Positions 63,528 to 64,000 of a DNA stretch of 64,000 nt are shown here, piece by piece. Within the stretch, counting starts at the first letter, position 1, and each line of letters begins with the position of its first letter. Both the position numbers and the translations under genes were made by a program. The stretch is from an uncultured Gammaproteobacteria bacterium (GTDB lineage: Bacteria > Pseudomonadota > Gammaproteobacteria > Steroidobacterales > Steroidobacteraceae), in contig CAWCBV010000004.1 in the NCBI GenBank assembly GCA_963793895.1, positions 304,704 to 368,703 on the forward strand, in the 5' to 3' direction. The notes beneath the pieces are model-generated. The model searched no databases, was not told where the DNA came from, and saw nothing but the letters and a program-made list of their open reading frames with translations.

Positions 63528-64000
63528 TCACCGGGACAAGTTTATGGTGCGATTTTCACGCCATGACAAGGTCGCCGCCTCGGCCAACTCCAGTGCCTTG
63601 ACGCCGTCATCGATGGTCGTACGCAGCCCGACACCGTTGAGCAGGGCGTCAAAGAAATGCGCGATCTCGCGTGCGTATGCGGCGCGATAGCGTTCCAGGA
63701 AGAAATGCTCGGGCGTGTCCTGGCTGATGCCGTGCGCCGTCGATGACACCACTTCTGTCGGCCTGTGATTGGCCGCCTGCAGCATGCCTTTGCTGCCCAG
63801 CACTTCAAAGCGCTGATCGTAGCCATAGGCGGCACGGCGGCTGGCGTTGATCTGGCATAAACGGCCGCGACGGGTGCGGATGGTCACGGCCGCCGAATCG
63901 ATGTCGCCGGCTTGCGCAATCGCCGGGTCGCTCAGGCAGCTGCCGGTCGCCGAAATGCTGTGGGCTTCGTCATCGAGTATCCAGCGGAAAATGTCGAAGT
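63528..64000 (-). CDS. Gfo/Idh/MocA-family oxidoreductase (3' part; the start lies beyond the window end)
   Basis: The C-terminal dimerisation-domain pattern is ...YDQRFEVLGSKGMLQAANHRP...FFLERYRAAYAREIAHFFDAL...DGVKALELAEAA. The reading frame stays open to the window edge. Confidence 0.65.
   Translation of the reverse strand, partial: FDIFRWILDDEAHSISATGSCLSDPAIAQAGDIDSAAVTIRTRRGRLCQINASRRAAYGYDQRFEVLGSKGMLQAANHRPTEVVSSTAHGISQDTPEHFFLERYRAAYAREIAHFFDALLNGVGLRTTIDDGVKALELAEAATLSWRENRTINLSR

Overview
High-GC proteobacterial chromosome segment. About two-thirds G+C by eye in the core. Gene order fits a Gammaproteobacterium of the Xanthomonadales/Nevskiales type (inference only). Positions 1-35.5 kb are dense housekeeping core. 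On the minus strand: mltB-rodA-mrdA-mreD-mreC-mreB. Then gatCAB-hslO and a SahR-like ArsR/SAM-MTase regulator with metF-metH, joined by overlapping stop/start codons. Then mtgA, a cyclophilin and prmC. A seven-gene MoxR/DUF58 membrane module is wedged between prmC and prfA. After prfA come TPR-lolB-ispE-tRNA-Gln-prs-rplY-pth-ychF. An intact tRNA-Met(CAT) at 35471-35547 is followed by about 21.7 kb of mosaic accessory DNA (35548-57266). Five direct repeats of the tRNA 3' half cut this DNA into cassettes. Four of the repeats are preceded by a conserved arm of about 100 nt. I see no recombinase ORF anywhere in the array. Cargo includes many small stress-type proteins, a transmembrane TIR-domain receptor-like protein and a lower-GC Mla-like ABC/MCE cluster. 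It also holds IS debris, an ArsR-SRPBCC pair, a Crp-like regulator with a BBE-type oxidase, and an ECF sigma with a Ser/Thr kinase. The kinase's periplasmic sensor half is paralogous to that of the TIR protein. Beyond the last repeat lie two divergent Crp-like paralogs with tandem palindromic operators, a bPH_2 protein, a GH89 alpha-N-acetylglucosaminidase, a sugar transporter and a partial Gfo/Idh/MocA oxidoreductase. No rRNA, CRISPR array or intact IS was found. Many long ORFs in the track are antisense shadow ORFs typical of high-GC DNA. All family assignments come from reading the translations, not from searches.
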